Origin: Gammaproteobacteria bacterium
Lineage (GTDB): Bacteria; Pseudomonadota; Gammaproteobacteria; RBG-16-57-12
Reading direction: 5' to 3'
DNA length: 64,000 bases
Assembly: GCA_021647245.1 (NCBI GenBank)
Contig: JAKIVC010000002.1
Location: forward strand, 64,184-128,183
How positions within the stretch are numbered: position 1 is the first letter of the stretch; each line of letters opens with the position of its first letter. Made by a program: the position numbers and the translations under genes. The notes below the pieces were generated by a model. The model worked only from the letters and a program-made list of their open reading frames with translations. It was not told where the DNA came from and made no database searches. Of this stretch, positions 28,841 to 39,241 are shown one piece after another.

Positions 28841-29635
28841 AAGAAGTTGAAACTACATGGTTTTAACAACCTAACCAAAACCCTGAGCTTCAATATTTAT
28901 GATATCTGTTATGCCAAAACGTCGCAGGAACGCCGCGCTTACATTGAGTATATCGATGAAGAGTACAATGCTGAACGCTTGACTCATATTCTCACAGAGG
29001 TGACCCGTATCATTGGCGCTAATGTGCTGAACATTGCCCGCCAGGATTATGAACCGCAGGGTGCCAGCGTCACGCTGTTGGTCTCTGAGGAGTCAGACCT
29101 ATCGGACTTACAGAACAGCGAGGCCCCTGGCCCGCTGCCCAAGACGGTCGTTGCTCACTTGGATAAATCACACATTACCGTACACACCTACCCCGAGAGC
29201 CACCCTGATAATGGCATCTCAACCTTTCGAGCTGATATTGATGTCTCGACCTGTGGCCGCATCTCACCGCTGAAGGCGTTGAACTACCTGATTCACAGTT
29301 TTGACTCCGACATGGTGACTATGGATTATCGGGTGCGCGGCTTTACCCGTGATATTGATGGCCACAAACACTTTATCGATCACGGCATTAACTCCATCCA
29401 GAACTTCATTGCGGAAGATACCAAAGAGCTGTACGAAATGATTGATGTGAATGTCTATCAGGAAAATATTTTCCATACCAAGATGATGCTTAAAGAGATG
29501 CTGCTGCCCCGTTATCTGTTTGCTTCGGCGATAGAAGATTTCAGTAAGGAGGAGCTGACGATTATCCACCATAGCCTCAAGCGTGAAATGCTGGAGATCT
29601 TCTATGGTAGAAATATGAGTAACATGCCTGAATAA
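28841..29635 (+). CDS. speD: S-adenosylmethionine decarboxylase proenzyme (E. coli type).
   Basis: [28 protein letters not shown]...[21 protein letters not shown] is near-identical to the family N-terminus. The start was moved to MKKLKL. Confidence 0.9.
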   Translation, partial: KKLKLHGFNNLTKTLSFNIYDICYAKTSQERRAYIEYIDEEYNAERLTHILTEVTRIIGANVLNIARQDYEPQGASVTLLVSEESDLSDLQNSEAPGPLPKTVVAHLDKSHITVHTYPESHPDNGISTFRADIDVSTCGRISPLKALNYLIHSFDSDMVTMDYRVRGFTRDIDGHKHFIDHGINSIQNFIAEDTKELYEMIDVNVYQENIFHTKMMLKEMLLPRYLFASAIEDFSKEELTIIHHSLKREMLEIFYGRNMSNMPE

Positions 29636-29754
29636 ACCTTGTTATCCCCCCCCGCTTTCCGCGCTGACTCCTTGCCATGCGGCGGTCAGCAGCCTCCTCT
29701 AATTTCATGTAGAATACCCGACCTGCGTATATCTTAAAGACTCAAGGTGAATAA

Positions 29755-32319
29755 ATGATCGAAGCATATAATCAACACGTTGCTGAACGTGAAGCAGATG
29801 GCTTGCCCCCCTTGGCACTGAATGCGGAGCAAACAGCCGCACTCGTGGAATTGATTAAACAACCACCCGTGGGCAAAGAAGCATTTTTGGTGGAACTGCT
29901 GGTAGAGCGTGTGCCTGCCGGTGTAGATGATGCTGCTTACGTCAAAGCGGCCTTCCTTGCAGCCATTACAACGGGCGATGCCGTTTCACCGTTAATTGAT
30001 GCCGCCCGTGCCACTGAGTTGTTAGGCACTATGCTGGGTGGTTACAACATCGAGGCATTAATTGCAGCACTGGATAAGGATGCGATTGCACCGATTGCGG
30101 TCACCGCACTCTCAAAAACACTGCTGATGTTTGATGCTTTTAACGATGTGATCGCCAAGGCCAAGGCGGGTAACGGTTATGCCAAGCAGGTCGCGGATTC
30201 CTGGGCCAATGCTGAGTGGTTCACCAACAAACCTGAGATGCCAAAAGAGATTCAAGTCACCGTCTTCAAAGTGCCTGGTGAAACCAATACAGATGACCTC
30301 TCCCCCGCCTCAGAAGCGTGGAGTCGCCCGGATATTCCGCTCCATGCCAAGACCATGCTGGTGGCCAAAATGCCCGATGCAATGGAGAAGATTGCCGAAC
30401 TGAAAGCCAAGGGTAATCCACTCGCCTATGTGGGCGATGTGGTTGGAACCGGCTCTTCCCGTAAATCAGCCATCAACTCGGTGCTGTGGCATATGGGAAA
30501 TAATATCCCCTTCGTACCTAACAAGCGCCAGGGTGGAGTGATACTGGGTGGCAAGATAGCCCCCATTTTCTTTAATACGGCAGAAGACTCGGGCGCATTG
30601 CCGATTGAATGCGATGTCGCACAATTGAATATGGGTGATGTGATTACCATCAAACCCTATCAGGGCGTGATTGAAAATGAAGCAGGAGAGGTGATCTCCC
30701 GCTTTGATCTTAAGCCAGCCACGATGGCTGATGAAGTGCGAGCAGGGGGTCGTATCCCGCTGATTATTGGTCGATCGCTAACCGATAAAACCCGAGAAGC
30801 ACTGGACTTGTCGGCATCGACACTCTTCACCCGGCCAACACCCGCCGCAGAGACAGGGAAAGGTTATACTCTGGCGCAGAAGATAGTCGGCAAGGCGTGT
30901 AGTGTTGAGGGTATCCGCCCGGGCACCTATTGTGAGCCGCGTATAACAACGGTTGGCTCACAGGATACCACCGGCGCGATGACCCGAGATGAGCTGAAAG
31001 AGCTGGCATGTCTCGGTTTCTCTGCTGACTTGGTGATGCAATCGTTTTGCCACACAGCCGCCTACCCCAAGCCGGTTGATATTAGCCTGCAACACACCCT
31101 CCCCAGCTTCTTCAACAACCGTGGTGGTGTTGCGCTACGACCTGGGGATGGGGTGATCCACTCCTGGTTAAATCGGATGTTGTTACCCGACACGGTGGGG
31201 ACCGGGGGTGATTCCCACACCCGCTTTCCAATGGGTATCAGCTTTCCTGCAGGCTCTGGATTGGTGGCCTTTGCCGCTGCATTGGGCGTTATGCCGCTGG
31301 ATATGCCCGAGTCGGTTCTGGTGCGTTTTAAGGGCAAGATGCAACCAGGCATTACCCTGCGTGACCTGGTCAACGCGATTCCATTGGCAGCGATTCAGCA
31401 AGGTTTGCTGACGGTAGAGAAAACGGGCAAGAAAAATATTTTCTCGGGTCGCATTCTGGAGATTGAGGGTTTGGAGCAGATGAAGGTTGAACAAGCCTTT
31501 GAGCTATCCGATGCATCAGCCGAACGCTCTGCGGCCGGTTGTACAGTTAAACTGGATCAAGCACCGATCATCGAATACCTTAAATCCAACATCACACTGT
31601 TAAAGTGGATGATCGCCAATGACTATGCGGATGCCAAAACCCTCAGCCGCCGTGTTGAATCAATGGAGCAGTGGCTGGAAAACCCGGTATTGCTGGAGGG
31701 GGATGGTGATGCTGAATATGCAGAAATTATCGAGATTGATTTGGCCGAGATAAAAGAGCCGATTCTCTGCTGTCCCAATGATCCTGATGACGTTAAGTTG
31801 CTCTCAGAAGTGGCGGGCGAGAAAATTGATGAGGTCTTCATCGGTTCGTGTATGACTAATATTGGCCATTTCCGCGCAGCGGGTAAAGTGCTTGAAGCCT
31901 TTGGTGGCGCAGTTCCCACCCGCCTGTGGATCGCACCACCCACTAAAATGGACGAGCATCAACTAACGGAAGAGGGCTACTACAGCATCTACGGCAAAGC
32001 GGGAGCCCGCACTGAAATGCCTGGCTGCTCACTCTGCATGGGTAATCAGGCCCGCGTAGCAGACAGCGCAGTGGTGATGTCCACCTCAACCCGAAACTTT
32101 CCAAATCGCTTGGGTAAGGATGCCATGGTCTACCTGGGGTCGGCTGAGCTGGCGGCGGTTTGTGCGCAGATGGGCAAGATCCCCACGGTTGCTGAGTATC
32201 ATGAAGCGGTCAAAACTATAGAGCCACTGGCGGCTGATACCTATCGCTACCTCAATTTTCATGAAATTGAAGAGTACAAAAAGGTGGCCGATAAGGTGAT
32301 TCCAATTACCGCTGGGTAA
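29755..32319 (+). CDS. acnB: Aconitate hydratase B.
   Basis: 854 aa. N-terminal [32 protein letters not shown] is the AcnB HEAT-like domain, followed by aconitase domains. Confidence 0.95.
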   Translation: MIEAYNQHVAEREADGLPPLALNAEQTAALVELIKQPPVGKEAFLVELLVERVPAGVDDAAYVKAAFLAAITTGDAVSPLIDAARATELLGTMLGGYNIEALIAALDKDAIAPIAVTALSKTLLMFDAFNDVIAKAKAGNGYAKQVADSWANAEWFTNKPEMPKEIQVTVFKVPGETNTDDLSPASEAWSRPDIPLHAKTMLVAKMPDAMEKIAELKAKGNPLAYVGDVVGTGSSRKSAINSVLWHMGNNIPFVPNKRQGGVILGGKIAPIFFNTAEDSGALPIECDVAQLNMGDVITIKPYQGVIENEAGEVISRFDLKPATMADEVRAGGRIPLIIGRSLTDKTREALDLSASTLFTRPTPAAETGKGYTLAQKIVGKACSVEGIRPGTYCEPRITTVGSQDTTGAMTRDELKELACLGFSADLVMQSFCHTAAYPKPVDISLQHTLPSFFNNRGGVALRPGDGVIHSWLNRMLLPDTVGTGGDSHTRFPMGISFPAGSGLVAFAAALGVMPLDMPESVLVRFKGKMQPGITLRDLVNAIPLAAIQQGLLTVEKTGKKNIFSGRILEIEGLEQMKVEQAFELSDASAERSAAGCTVKLDQAPIIEYLKSNITLLKWMIANDYADAKTLSRRVESMEQWLENPVLLEGDGDAEYAEIIEIDLAEIKEPILCCPNDPDDVKLLSEVAGEKIDEVFIGSCMTNIGHFRAAGKVLEAFGGAVPTRLWIAPPTKMDEHQLTEEGYYSIYGKAGARTEMPGCSLCMGNQARVADSAVVMSTSTRNFPNRLGKDAMVYLGSAELAAVCAQMGKIPTVAEYHEAVKTIEPLAADTYRYLNFHEIEEYKKVADKVIPITAG

Positions 32320-32374
32320 TTGTCAGCACACCAATGTTGATAGCGGATCGATTATTGCAAAAGAAACACCTCTT

Positions 32375-33598
32375 ATGACGGTATGGGGAAATATGATGAG
32401 CTTTTTTGCTAAAAAAATGAAGTGGGGTGTTTGTGTCATTAGCGGCGCTACCCTAATGGTTGCAGGCTCGGCAGCATCGGCATCTGGAATCACTGAAGCG
32501 ATTAAAGGGGGTGAGGTCAGCGGTGATTTTCGTCTGCGAATGGAGACGGTGACTCAAGATAACGCCCTAAATGATGCAAATGCACTCACATTGCGCAGTC
32601 GGCTGGGTTATCGAACAGCGGACTACAAGGGATTGACTGGTTTTATGGAGTTTGAAAATGTTACCGCGCTGAATGATGATTATGAGCCGATGCCCAGTAA
32701 CCCGGCCAAAACAGAGTCAGTGGTGGCTGATCCGGAAGGCACCGAGGTTAATCAGCTCTATTTGAAGTATGTTTCGGGTGGTCACGCGATTACCGCAGGT
32801 CGCCAGCGGGTTATTCTGGATAATGCCCGTTTTGTGGGCAACGTTGGGTGGCGCCAAAATGAGCAGACATTTAATGCCATTGTCTTTACGGTAGATTCCG
32901 TTGCGGATACCTCACTTGTTTATGCTTACGTGGACGGGGTTAATACAATCCTCGGGGGTGAGTACGATACTTCCGCGTATATCTTTAACGCATCATATAC
33001 TGGCTTTAGTGCCGGAAAAATAACCGGTTACTCCTATGTTATTGAGCAGGATGATGTGCCTTCGGCCTCAAATTCAATCCTGGGTTTACGGTTTTCCGGG
33101 GCGACAGATGTAGCAGAAGCCAAGGTAAAATATACGCTTGAGTATGCGAAGCAGTCGGATTATGCCGAGGGCACTAATATTGATGCCCAATACCTGTTGG
33201 CTGAATTAGGCGCAGAATTCAGTGGTGTGGGTATCAAGCTGGGCTACGAAGTGTTGGGGGATGGTAAGGGTGCAAATGACGCTTCATTCAGCACGCCCTT
33301 AGCCACGAAACACGCCTTTAATGGCTGGGCAGATGCCTTTTTAACCACGCCTACCGATGGCCTGCAGGATATTTATCTCTCCGTTACCACCCAAATTGAA
33401 GGGGTAAAGCTGTTAGCCGTCTACCACGACTACTCCGCAGATACCGGCAGTGCCGACCATGGCTCGGAGATCAACCTGCTTGCCGCTAAAAAGTTTGCAG
33501 GCCACTACACTGCGCTACTAAAGTATGCAGATTACTCTGCGGGTGATAGTGGTACGGATACCAGAAAGCTGTGGTTGATGGGGCAGATGAAATTTTAG
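32375..33598 (+). CDS. Outer-membrane beta-barrel porin-like protein of unknown specificity.
   Basis: Signal peptide, C-terminal ...MGQMKF terminal Phe, and beta-strand periodicity. 407 aa. Confidence 0.55.
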   Translation: MTVWGNMMSFFAKKMKWGVCVISGATLMVAGSAASASGITEAIKGGEVSGDFRLRMETVTQDNALNDANALTLRSRLGYRTADYKGLTGFMEFENVTALNDDYEPMPSNPAKTESVVADPEGTEVNQLYLKYVSGGHAITAGRQRVILDNARFVGNVGWRQNEQTFNAIVFTVDSVADTSLVYAYVDGVNTILGGEYDTSAYIFNASYTGFSAGKITGYSYVIEQDDVPSASNSILGLRFSGATDVAEAKVKYTLEYAKQSDYAEGTNIDAQYLLAELGAEFSGVGIKLGYEVLGDGKGANDASFSTPLATKHAFNGWADAFLTTPTDGLQDIYLSVTTQIEGVKLLAVYHDYSADTGSADHGSEINLLAAKKFAGHYTALLKYADYSAGDSGTDTRKLWLMGQMKF

Positions 33599-33752
33599 GA
33601 GGAGGTCGGACTTAGGGTGAATCTACTGCGGAAAAGCCATTCTGGCCCATTTCTCTGATCCTTTTCGTTGAATATGCCCAATATTCGCCTCAAACGACCA
33701 AAAAAATGGACTCAAAATGGCTTTCCCTCGCTACGATTACCTAAGCCCGACA
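33598..33752. repeat. Repeat family R2. It is a MITE-like element with ~45-bp terminal inverted repeats.
   Basis: The left arm ggaggaggtcggacttagggtgaatctactgcggaaaagccatt and the right arm aaaatggctttccctcgctacgattacctaagcccgacagcctcctagcc are inverse complements with mismatches. A partial copy lies at 20555. Confidence 0.55.
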
Positions 33753-33875
33753 GCCTCCTAGCCGAGTTTTACCACGGACAAAAAACAGCAAAAATTGTCG
33801 ACCCCTTCTCTTTTCTGATAAAAGCGCATTGCGAGGCCTATGGGGGCAAGGTAAGTTAATTATCTTGCTCCTGAG

Positions 33876-34967
33876 GTGAATGAGATGTTCCGATATTTAG
33901 TAGTGGCTGCGCTGTTTCCTATGTTGTCCGGCTGTGGTGGAGATACCCCGGCATCATCCAGTGAACCAGAGCGTGTTGAAAAAATAGTCGCTCGAGAGAG
34001 TAACCGTAGCTGCCTTGCTCCGGCGGATGCTATCGATACCGCGACCCGGCTCTCCACCACAGGCTGTTTTACAGATGTTAGCAACCAGATAATGGCGGGT
34101 GGGGTGATCCCCTACACCGTCAATAGCGTGTTGTGGTCCGATGGTGAGAGCAAAGGGCGTTATTTTGCAGTGCCGGATGGCACGACCATCAGCTTAACGG
34201 TGGACGAATCTTCAATTGTTGCCAGTAATGGCACTAAAAATGGTGATTTCAACTTTCCGGTAGGCGCGGTGGTGATCAAACACTTCTATAGTGGCAGCCG
34301 TATCGTTGAGACCCGCTTGCTGATGAACCATGCCAATGATGGTTGGGGTGGCTACGCCTATCAGTGGGATGAGTCACAGAGTGACGGTACCCTGCTGGTT
34401 GGCTCAAATAGCATCACCACACCGGTCAGCCACTATTTCCCGAGCCGCGAAGAGTGTATGGAGTGCCATACGGATGCCGCTCGGGTGTTATTAGGGCCGG
34501 ATACTCTACAACTCAATTACCCCCTTTACTATACGGATGGCACAGAAGAGAACTATCTCGATGCTTTGGTTCGATTAAATTACCTCTCGGCACCGTTGCT
34601 GGCGGATTATAAGGTGGATCGGCTCTATGCAATTGACGATAGCGACGCACCATTAGAGCAGCGAGCCAGAAGCTATTTGCACAGTAACTGCTCGGGCTGT
34701 CACCGCACTGGCGCACCGCAAGGTGGCTTTGATCTTCGTTACACCTCATCGTTTGTAAACAATGTTTGTGGTATCGCTGCAGCAGAGCCGACCAGCCCCA
34801 CCGGAGGGTTGCTGATCGACCCCGGCAATGCTGATAACGCCACTATTCAGCAGCGACTCGCCTCTATGGGGAGCATTCAAATGCCACCTATCGGGCGAGA
34901 GCAAACCGACCCCGAAGCGGTTCAAGTGATGGCTGATTGGATCAATAGCCTGCAGGGCTGTGATTAA
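33876..34967 (+). CDS. Dihaem c-type cytochrome lipoprotein with a Planctomycete-type cytochrome c (PSCyt1-like) C-terminal domain.
   Basis: Lipobox LSGC. Two CxxCH motifs (CMECH, CSGCH). CHRTGAPQGGFDLRY...SIQMPP fits the PSCyt1 pattern. Confidence 0.6.
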   Translation: MNEMFRYLVVAALFPMLSGCGGDTPASSSEPERVEKIVARESNRSCLAPADAIDTATRLSTTGCFTDVSNQIMAGGVIPYTVNSVLWSDGESKGRYFAVPDGTTISLTVDESSIVASNGTKNGDFNFPVGAVVIKHFYSGSRIVETRLLMNHANDGWGGYAYQWDESQSDGTLLVGSNSITTPVSHYFPSREECMECHTDAARVLLGPDTLQLNYPLYYTDGTEENYLDALVRLNYLSAPLLADYKVDRLYAIDDSDAPLEQRARSYLHSNCSGCHRTGAPQGGFDLRYTSSFVNNVCGIAAAEPTSPTGGLLIDPGNADNATIQQRLASMGSIQMPPIGREQTDPEAVQVMADWINSLQGCD

Positions 34968-37612
34968 CCCAGCAACTTTTTTAACTCCGGCACACATGAG
35001 CCACAATTTGTGCCGGCATTCAGATAGCTACCAATCTCTTCCACACTTTTCAAGCCATGTTTTTGGATCGCCTCTCGAATACTGTTTTCACCTACCTTGA
35101 AACAGGCGCAGACCACACGCCCGGTATCAACCTGGCCGACCGGTGGCTTTCCAGTGAGCAGTGCACGGCGCTCATCATTATCCAGCACCTCTTTTTCAAA
35201 AAGTGAGGCGAGCCAACTGCGGGGTGGCAGCGCTTTGTCCGGGGCGATGAAAATACAGCTCTCCACTTGATCTCCTGTCATACGAATACCTCGATAGGTG
35301 TTTGCGCCGTTATCCAGCAGTTCGACCCAGTTGACATCATTATTTGAGGTGCAAAGATAACTTCTCGCCCATGCGGGGAGATCTTTGGAGCGTTGCTCAC
35401 CCGCCACTTCGTATCGATAGTGGTTATTGCCGGTTGCCCTTGCCCAGTAACAGACCCCTTCCAGTTTTAATGCGCGGCGCGAAAGGATAAAGCCGTGCCA
35501 TGCGGTTTGGTAAGGCTTAAGCTGCACCGGCGTATGTTTAAACTCAGGTTGGCCCGAAAGCGGGTCTACCGCAGGATTGACCACTGCGGAGGCTTTTCCC
35601 CTGCTGGAAAACTGCTCGCTCCAGTGCATCGGCGCAAACAATTCACCACGGCGCTGGCCGTTGTCCAAGCGTACTCGCCCGATCATCTCACCCCAGCGGC
35701 TGGTCACCGTGGCTAACGCATCCTCATTGATAGAGAGCGCCACGGCATCATCAGGATGAATGGCGATGTAGGGTTCGGGGCTATGCTCAGATAGCCGTGG
35801 CGCCTTTCCAGTGCGGGTCATGGTGTGCCACTGGTCGCGTACCCGCCCAGTATTCAGAATAAAGGGAAAGCTGTCACAGGGCATGTGTGCGGGTAGCCGT
35901 GGCTCAATGGCTTGAAACTGTGCCTTGCCTGATGGCGTGAAAAAATGGCCATCACTAAACATGCGAGCACTCCCCGCAGGCTGCTGTTGATTCACTGGCC
36001 ACTGGATGGGTGATAGCTGGTGGTAACTCTGTTGAGTTTGACTGCTCAGTGCCGAAAGGTCGAAGTCACGCTCTCCGTTGTTTCTATATCCGGAAAGAGC
36101 CGCGTGTTCGTTAAATATTTCGTAAGGGTGTTGATAATTAAAACCATCGCTATACCCCATACGCTTGGCCACCTCAGAGATTATCCACCAATCGGGTTTT
36201 GCTTCACCGGCAGCCGCCTGAAAAGCTCTCTGGCGTGAGATACGTCGTTCAGAATTGGTAACGGTGCCGCTCTTCTCCCCCCAGCCTTGGGCCGGTAATA
36301 AAATATTGGCACGGAGGGTGGTGTCGGTCTGCTTAACGCAATCGGAGACCACTACAAACTCGCACTGTTTGATCGCTTCTGCAACGTGGTCTGCATTGGG
36401 CATGCTGGCTGCGGGGTTGGTGGCCATGATCCATACAGCCTTGATCTTTCCCTTGGCAATATCATCAAACATATCTACCGCCTTGCGGCCGCTTTGTTTA
36501 GGAATGGCGGGTGAGCCCCAGAAGCTTTGTACTAAAGTACGGTGCGCGGGGTTTTTTATCTCCATATGAGCGGCCAACATATTGGCCAACCCGCCTACTT
36601 CGCGCCCTCCCATGGCGTTTGGTTGGCCAGTAAAAGAGAAGGGGCCCATGCCGGGGCGACCGATACGCCCGGTGGCCAGATGGCAGTTGATAATGGCATT
36701 GACCTTATCCGAACCACTGGTTGATTGATTAATGCCCTGAGAGTAGACAGTGACCACCCGCTCTGTGCGGGAGAAGAGTCGATAAAACGCTTGAACCACA
36801 GACACTTCGAGGCCACAGCGTAGTGCCACGGAGTCGACGCTAGGCGCGGTTTTTTCTGCCATGCGGAGTGCGGTCTCAAACCCCTCGGTATAAGCATTCA
36901 AATAACTGTGGTTTATTTCACCATCCCGCTGCAGATAACTTAGCAAGCCATTAAACAGTACGGTATCGGTACCAGAACGCAGGGGCAGGTGGAGGTCGGC
37001 AATGTCACAGCTGGGGGTCTCTCTGGGGTCGATTACTACCACCATCAGATCGGGGTTGACCCGCTTTGCCTGGTTGATTCGCTGAAACAGTACCGGATGA
37101 CACCAGGCTGCATTGGTGCCGGCCAGTACAATCAGCTTTGCTCGTTCCAGATCTTCATAACAGCAGGGCACGGTGTCTGACCCAAAAGCGCGTTTATGGC
37201 CTGTGACAGAAGAGGACATGCAGAGCCGCGAGTTGGTATCAATATTGGCTGTGCCGATATAACCTTTGATCAGCTTATTGGCGACATAGTAATCTTCAGT
37301 CAAGAGTTGCCCCGACACATAAAAAGCGACCGCGTCAGGGCCGTGCTGCTCAACGGTTGCTAAAAACCTCTCCGCGACCTCCCCAAGCGCCTGATCCCAG
37401 CTGGCGGGTATTCCCTCAATTTCGGGCTGGAGCAGCCGCCCCTCCAGTCCCAAGGTTTCGCCCAACGCCGACCCTTTGGAGCAGAGCTTGCCAAAATTAG
37501 CGGGGTGCAGCGGGTCACCTTGGACTGTGTAGCCGCCATCAGCATTCGCTGCTACCAGCACTCCGCAGCCAACACCACAATAGGGGCAGGTTGTTTTTGT
37601 CATCTTGGACAT
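34964..37612 (-). CDS. nasA: Assimilatory nitrate reductase catalytic subunit with a C-terminal BFD-like [2Fe-2S] domain.
   Basis: N-terminal CPYCGVGCG 4Fe-4S motif, molybdopterin oxidoreductase domains, and a C-terminal CACFKV...CGSC. 882 aa. Confidence 0.9.
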   Translation of the reverse strand: MSKMTKTTCPYCGVGCGVLVAANADGGYTVQGDPLHPANFGKLCSKGSALGETLGLEGRLLQPEIEGIPASWDQALGEVAERFLATVEQHGPDAVAFYVSGQLLTEDYYVANKLIKGYIGTANIDTNSRLCMSSSVTGHKRAFGSDTVPCCYEDLERAKLIVLAGTNAAWCHPVLFQRINQAKRVNPDLMVVVIDPRETPSCDIADLHLPLRSGTDTVLFNGLLSYLQRDGEINHSYLNAYTEGFETALRMAEKTAPSVDSVALRCGLEVSVVQAFYRLFSRTERVVTVYSQGINQSTSGSDKVNAIINCHLATGRIGRPGMGPFSFTGQPNAMGGREVGGLANMLAAHMEIKNPAHRTLVQSFWGSPAIPKQSGRKAVDMFDDIAKGKIKAVWIMATNPAASMPNADHVAEAIKQCEFVVVSDCVKQTDTTLRANILLPAQGWGEKSGTVTNSERRISRQRAFQAAAGEAKPDWWIISEVAKRMGYSDGFNYQHPYEIFNEHAALSGYRNNGERDFDLSALSSQTQQSYHQLSPIQWPVNQQQPAGSARMFSDGHFFTPSGKAQFQAIEPRLPAHMPCDSFPFILNTGRVRDQWHTMTRTGKAPRLSEHSPEPYIAIHPDDAVALSINEDALATVTSRWGEMIGRVRLDNGQRRGELFAPMHWSEQFSSRGKASAVVNPAVDPLSGQPEFKHTPVQLKPYQTAWHGFILSRRALKLEGVCYWARATGNNHYRYEVAGEQRSKDLPAWARSYLCTSNNDVNWVELLDNGANTYRGIRMTGDQVESCIFIAPDKALPPRSWLASLFEKEVLDNDERRALLTGKPPVGQVDTGRVVCACFKVGENSIREAIQKHGLKSVEEIGSYLNAGTNCGSCVPELKKLLG

Positions 37613-37861
37613 TATTATTGCCTTTTACATACAGATAAACATTGTTGAGCAAATTTTGCGCCATATTCACATTGTGGTGGTCAAGGGGGTAAATGACGAC
37701 ACAGCGTATCTGGTTTGTGGCTTGGCCACTTTTTCCACACCCTTTTGGTGCGACATTGCCACCATATGCCTATATTAGGTGCGGCTAATACTCTGTTTTC
37801 AGGAGAAAATTAGCCCCTCAAAATAAAATAATATGCCCTTGAGGTAATTGATATAGGGGTT

Positions 37862-38015
37862 GCAGGCTATAGAAGAGTCTGCTTATACTGCGATAGTGCG
37901 CTTTTAACTGTGGTGAGTACTTGGCTCCTACCCTATCTTCATGTAGGAGTGTAAAGCACTGTGGAATCAATCTCTTGCACAGTATACGCACTTCTATTTG
38001 AGGGTTAGGGTTTTA
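37862..38015 (-). repeat. Copy of intergenic repeat family R1.
   Basis: The reverse complement ccctaaccctcaaatagaagtgcgtatactgtgcaagagattgattccacag matches the other copies. Confidence 0.6.
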
Positions 38016-38056
38016 GTCAAAAGCAAGTGAAGCAGTTTGCCGTATACCGTTGTAAC

Positions 38057-38079
38057 TTGATAACGATCTGATAATCGTT
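38057..38079 (+). promoter_or_regulatory. FNR/DNR-like half-palindrome TTGATaacgATCtg plus the palindrome AACGAT-N6-ATCGTT, upstream of the truncated haemoglobin.
   Basis: Seen ~100 bp upstream of the 38163 start. It is 8 of 10 to the TTGAT-N4-ATCAA consensus. Confidence 0.25.
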
Positions 38080-38162
38080 AATAAAGTGTTATTTTTTTAG
38101 TGTATTTATGTTTAACTGCACAAGGTAAGAGACAAAACTATTTTCTTTATAGGAGAGAACAC

Positions 38163-38519
38163 GTGAGTTCATTATTTGATCGTTTGGGTGGTAATGCGGC
38201 TGTAGATGCAGCGGTAGATATTTTTTACGCTAAGGTATTGGCAGATGATCGTATCAACCAGTTTTTTACAACGGTTGATATGGAGACACAAGCGGCCAAG
38301 CAAAAAGCCTTTTTAACCATGGCTTTTGGTGGTCCGAATAGCTATACCGGGCTGGATATGCGTGAAGGGCATAAACATATGAACCTGAACGAAGGTCATT
38401 TTACTGCGGTGGTTGAAAATCTGGCCGCTACACTGAAAGAACTGGGTGTTTCTGATGCCGATATTGCCGAAGTTGCTGAAGTTGCCAATAGCGTAAAGGA
38501 TGATGTGCTAAACCGTTAA
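38163..38519 (+). CDS. glbN: Group I truncated haemoglobin (trHbN / cyanoglobin-like), with a GTG start.
   Basis: LFDRLGGNAAVDAAVDIFYAKVLADDRINQFF...AFGGPNSYTGLDMREGHKHM is highly similar to GlbN/HbN. An aggagag RBS precedes the GTG. The ORF-track N-terminal extension is unlikely. Confidence 0.85.
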   Translation: MSSLFDRLGGNAAVDAAVDIFYAKVLADDRINQFFTTVDMETQAAKQKAFLTMAFGGPNSYTGLDMREGHKHMNLNEGHFTAVVENLAATLKELGVSDADIAEVAEVANSVKDDVLNR

Positions 38520-38540
38520 GAACAGCTGCTACGGATAATA

Positions 38541-38575
38541 GCGCCTCAACACATGCTGTGTTGAGGCGTTTTTTA
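38541..38575 (+). terminator. Rho-independent terminator after the truncated haemoglobin gene.
   Basis: gcctcaacaca-tgc-tgtgttgaggc stem followed by TTTTTT. Confidence 0.8.
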
Positions 38576-38682
38576 TTGCAAAATATTACTCGTTTCTATA
38601 TTTATTAAAATGGGTTTGATTGAGGCCTCTTTACGAGATCTCTTTAAGATAAAAATACCTTTTACTGCCAAGGTGGGCGTAA

Positions 38683-39231
38683 GTGTCAAAATTACTCAAA
38701 ATATTTGAGAAGCTCGCGGGCGAGCGGCGGGGCCGAGTGCGTCACGTTGAGATTCTGATCGCAACGGTGGCGGCGTTAACTGCACTTTTGATGGTGGGGT
38801 GGATTAGTCGCTCGGTTGCGGGTGATCAGGCTGGCCTCTATTTAATGGCCTCAATGGGCGCATCAGCGGTATTGATTTTTGCTGTGCCTGCTACTCAAAT
38901 GGCAAGGCCGTGGGCCTTCTGTTGCGGGCACTTTGTCTCTGCCTTTGTGGGTGTGAGTTGTAGTTTGTTGATAGGGGATCTGGTTTTAGCGGCGGCACTC
39001 GCGGTCTCGATCTCTATCTTTTTGATGAGCTACCTGCGTTGCCTGCATCCGCCGGGTGGCGCTGCGGCAATGATTCCTATTGTTAGTGGCGAGTCAGTTA
39101 CTGCAATGGGCTACAGTTTTCTACTTATCCCTGTTGGCATTAATGTATTGGTGATGCTGCTGTTTTCACTGGCTTACTTTCGCTGGATGGCACAGCGGGA
39201 GAAGCGGTTTATGGCGCAGCGATCCAAGTAG
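38683..39231 (+). CDS. HPP family membrane protein (putative nitrite/anion transporter family).
   Basis: Four TM segments and the signature HPPGGAAA. 182 aa. Confidence 0.7.
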   Translation: MSKLLKIFEKLAGERRGRVRHVEILIATVAALTALLMVGWISRSVAGDQAGLYLMASMGASAVLIFAVPATQMARPWAFCCGHFVSAFVGVSCSLLIGDLVLAAALAVSISIFLMSYLRCLHPPGGAAAMIPIVSGESVTAMGYSFLLIPVGINVLVMLLFSLAYFRWMAQREKRFMAQRSK

Positions 39232-39241
39232 CGGCTCTTAG

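Noticed and set aside
37757-37772. Sigma-54-like -24/-12 element TGGTGCgacatTGCca on the plus strand upstream of glbN.
   Set aside because: Spacing fits, but the -24 box has two mismatches and it sits ~400 bp from the nearest plus-strand start with an R1 repeat in between. It is probably a chance match.
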